Assembly (NCBI GenBank): GCA_965644265.1
Contig: OZ286461.1
Location: 84,382,001-84,446,000, forward strand
Direction: 5' to 3'
Source of the DNA: Glycera tridactyla
Taxonomy: Eukaryota
DNA: 64,000 nucleotides
Position numbers and translations under genes: made by a program. Numbering within the stretch: the first letter of the stretch is position 1; each line of letters opens with the position of its first letter. The notes beneath the pieces were generated by a model. That model did no database searches. It was not told the origin of the DNA and was given only the letters and a program-made list of their open reading frames with translations. This document shows positions 61,816 through 64,000 of the stretch, piece after piece.

Positions 61816-63399
61816 TACTTATTTTTGATGGTTTTCTTTTTTGCATCTTATTCAACATCTAACCTCATCAGGTATTTATTATGTGTTTCTGATTGACATA
61901 CTTCTCATTGCTATCAGGCTTGAGTCTCAGCTTTTAGCCAGTTACATAGTTGGATATGCCAACCATAGGTACCTCAACTGCATGTTGGACAGGTGAAGGC
62001 ATGGTCTGACTTGTCAGCAACCTTCACTTGTTAACCTTTCGGGTCCCTTGATATGTGTTCAGGGATTGTGATAGTGATGCCTGCAGGGGCTAGAATGTCT
62101 AGCATTGATTGACTCGAAACATTGCATACATAATCGTTTGGGGTTAATGCATGCTTTTAATTCTCAATCATACCAAACCAAACGTAGATGATATTATTTT
62201 CCACAGAAATGTAATAGTGAAGAGCATTTGATACATCTTTGAGTGTACCAAAATTGGAATGAAGATACAAAAAGACCTCATGGAAGTATGTCGGGTGGGG
62301 AGGCTAAAGCCGCTTCTGTTGAATCGCTTGATTATACTCTGTTGAATGAGTGAAGACCTCAAGGGGACGGTCTTATATTCTGTCAGGCTATGTCACAGAT
62401 CGGCTGTCAAACTAGCCAGTCAGAGGGAGAGGGGGAGGGGGGGGGGGGGGGGGGGGGGGAAACAACTGTCAATGTTACCAATAGTGTATACAAACAGAAC
62501 CACATGTTTTACTATAATGGGAAATCATGGTGAAAGTGTGCACTTACAACATGTGGAATCTGCCAACCTTTAAGTTGGAAGGAAGGCATGACTTGCCATG
62601 TCTTTTGTAAAAAAATACTAAAATATAAGTTGATAATATGAGTGGAAAAGTGCTGTGAATCTTTGTCATCACATGTAACCATGTGTCCTTCCACATGTGC
62701 TTTTACTTATCTGTGCCTGGGAGTATGGTATTTGACCTCTGGCCCTTAGGAAGGGTAAAGGCACTGGTCTGGCATTGGTCTGCAGGATACTAACTCCTTT
62801 GTATCACCCCAGCTTAAAAATATGGGGAATGCCCAGCGAGGTCTTCACTCGCCCAGCGAGGTCTTCACTCGTTGGGGGTATAGTGAATGCGGCCCTGGTT
62901 CAGCAATGATATACGCTGGCTGGTGAAGTCAGATCAACATAAAGTAGAGAGCAACAAGCAGAATGTCATGCTTTCACTAATCTCTCTCATAAATCAATGG
63001 CCGCCATAAGCGACACACAACCCTCGCCTACTTCATTCTGAATATTTTTGAAAGAATGTGACATTACCCCAACAACATCTGAGATTGTGATGCCAGCCAT
63101 GTTAATGTGGTCGCTGACTGGGTGGCTAAAGCCTGGAAGCCTGGATGATTGAGGTCACCAAATTAGGACTTAAACCTCCGGCATTGTAGGCCCAAAATGT
63201 CAAAATGGTGACCTTCAACATCATGTTCAAAATTGTACACAAGTCACTATGTTTTTGGAAAATGTGGGTAACTTCCTCATTTTCATTTTTTTAAGTAAAA
63301 CTACTCCCAAGGTATGGCTGAAAGCTTTCCCAAGCAAGAAATATACTGAGTAAGAACTTGGCTTGAGTATCTGGTTTCATTCATCTGACCAGAGTATTT

Positions 63400-63640
63400 C
63401 TCTCTTTACACCACTGCATAAACAAAGCTTGGGAGAAGTTGTATTTTGGAGTCACTCTGTCAGTCAGTGGTTGCTTGGTCGGTCGGTCTGTCAGCAAAAG
63501 TTTGTGCTGCAAACTACTCTCACATTTCTCAAGCTATTGGATTGAAACTTTACATAAGTCATCACCATGAAGTGTAGATGTGCGAGACACAATTTTCATG
63601 CAGATTGATCCATACGTTGCAGAGTTATTTTAGAAGATTA
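63400..63640 (+). mobile_element. HINE-like 5' fragment
   Basis: Head-like sequence followed by GTCA/GGTC short repeats and a typical AAACTTTACATA..GTGTAGATGTGC body. Boundaries are uncertain. Confidence 0.4.
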
Positions 63641-63889
63641 GTTTGGTTGTATCTGTAAGTTTGTAATTCTTTGAGACAGCCAGAACTGACGAGGCCCATT
63701 ATCAGTCCATTGGTGTAAGGCCTCTCACACTCCCCTGGGCTTTCCTTTCATTGTTATGTAAGATTCCCTGGTGATATACATGCCTCAATTCTATATGTTT
63801 CTATTCCTTCGCTCTCTCAGCAAACACATACATACCCCATTACCTTCTCTCAGCACACACACACACACATGCATGCATGCATACACATA

Positions 63890-64000
63890 GTCAAACCTCC
63901 TCGAGAGACCACCTCTCAGTAGAGGCCACCTGCCTATAACAGCCACCTTCAGCTGCAACTGTGATACTACCACCTGTCTATAAAGGCCACTTTTTGGTGC
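63890..64000. mobile_element. MITE M1-related, cut by the window end
   Basis: TAGTCAAACCTCC..GAGACCACC..GGCCACC repeats. Confidence 0.65.

Noticed and set aside
62830-62895. HDV-like ribozyme suggested by TTCACTCG
   Set aside because: It is a 20-bp tandem duplication forming a simple hairpin. No P3 or nested pseudoknot pairing could be built.

Overview
Repeat-dominated animal (invertebrate) genomic DNA, probably intronic or intergenic. The taxon is an inference from the repeat types (lophotrochozoan-like marine invertebrate) and is not shown by the sequence. I found no host protein-coding exon I can support. The only convincing ORFs belong to CR1-group LINE retrotransposons on the minus strand: one near-complete EN+RT ORF2 broken by a single 1-nt frameshift (19565-22466) and one 5'-truncated RT (17602-18591), plus shorter LINE 3' remnants. 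The rest of the window is made of several repeat classes. There are more than 20 pogo/Tigger-like CAGT..ACTG MITEs, several Helentron-type non-autonomous elements (HINE/Pearl-like) sharing one architecture, and a 5S-rRNA-derived SINE and a tRNA-derived SINE. It also has Penelope-like relics that retain minimal hammerhead ribozyme cores, two unclassified dispersed repeats (R1, R2), an apparently identical 1347-bp tandem duplication, mini- and microsatellites, and seven N gaps. The most interesting observations are the HINE family that carries a different microsatellite in each copy, the hammerhead cores, the 5S-derived SINE and two candidate recursive splice sites. All alignments were made by eye, so boundaries are approximate.
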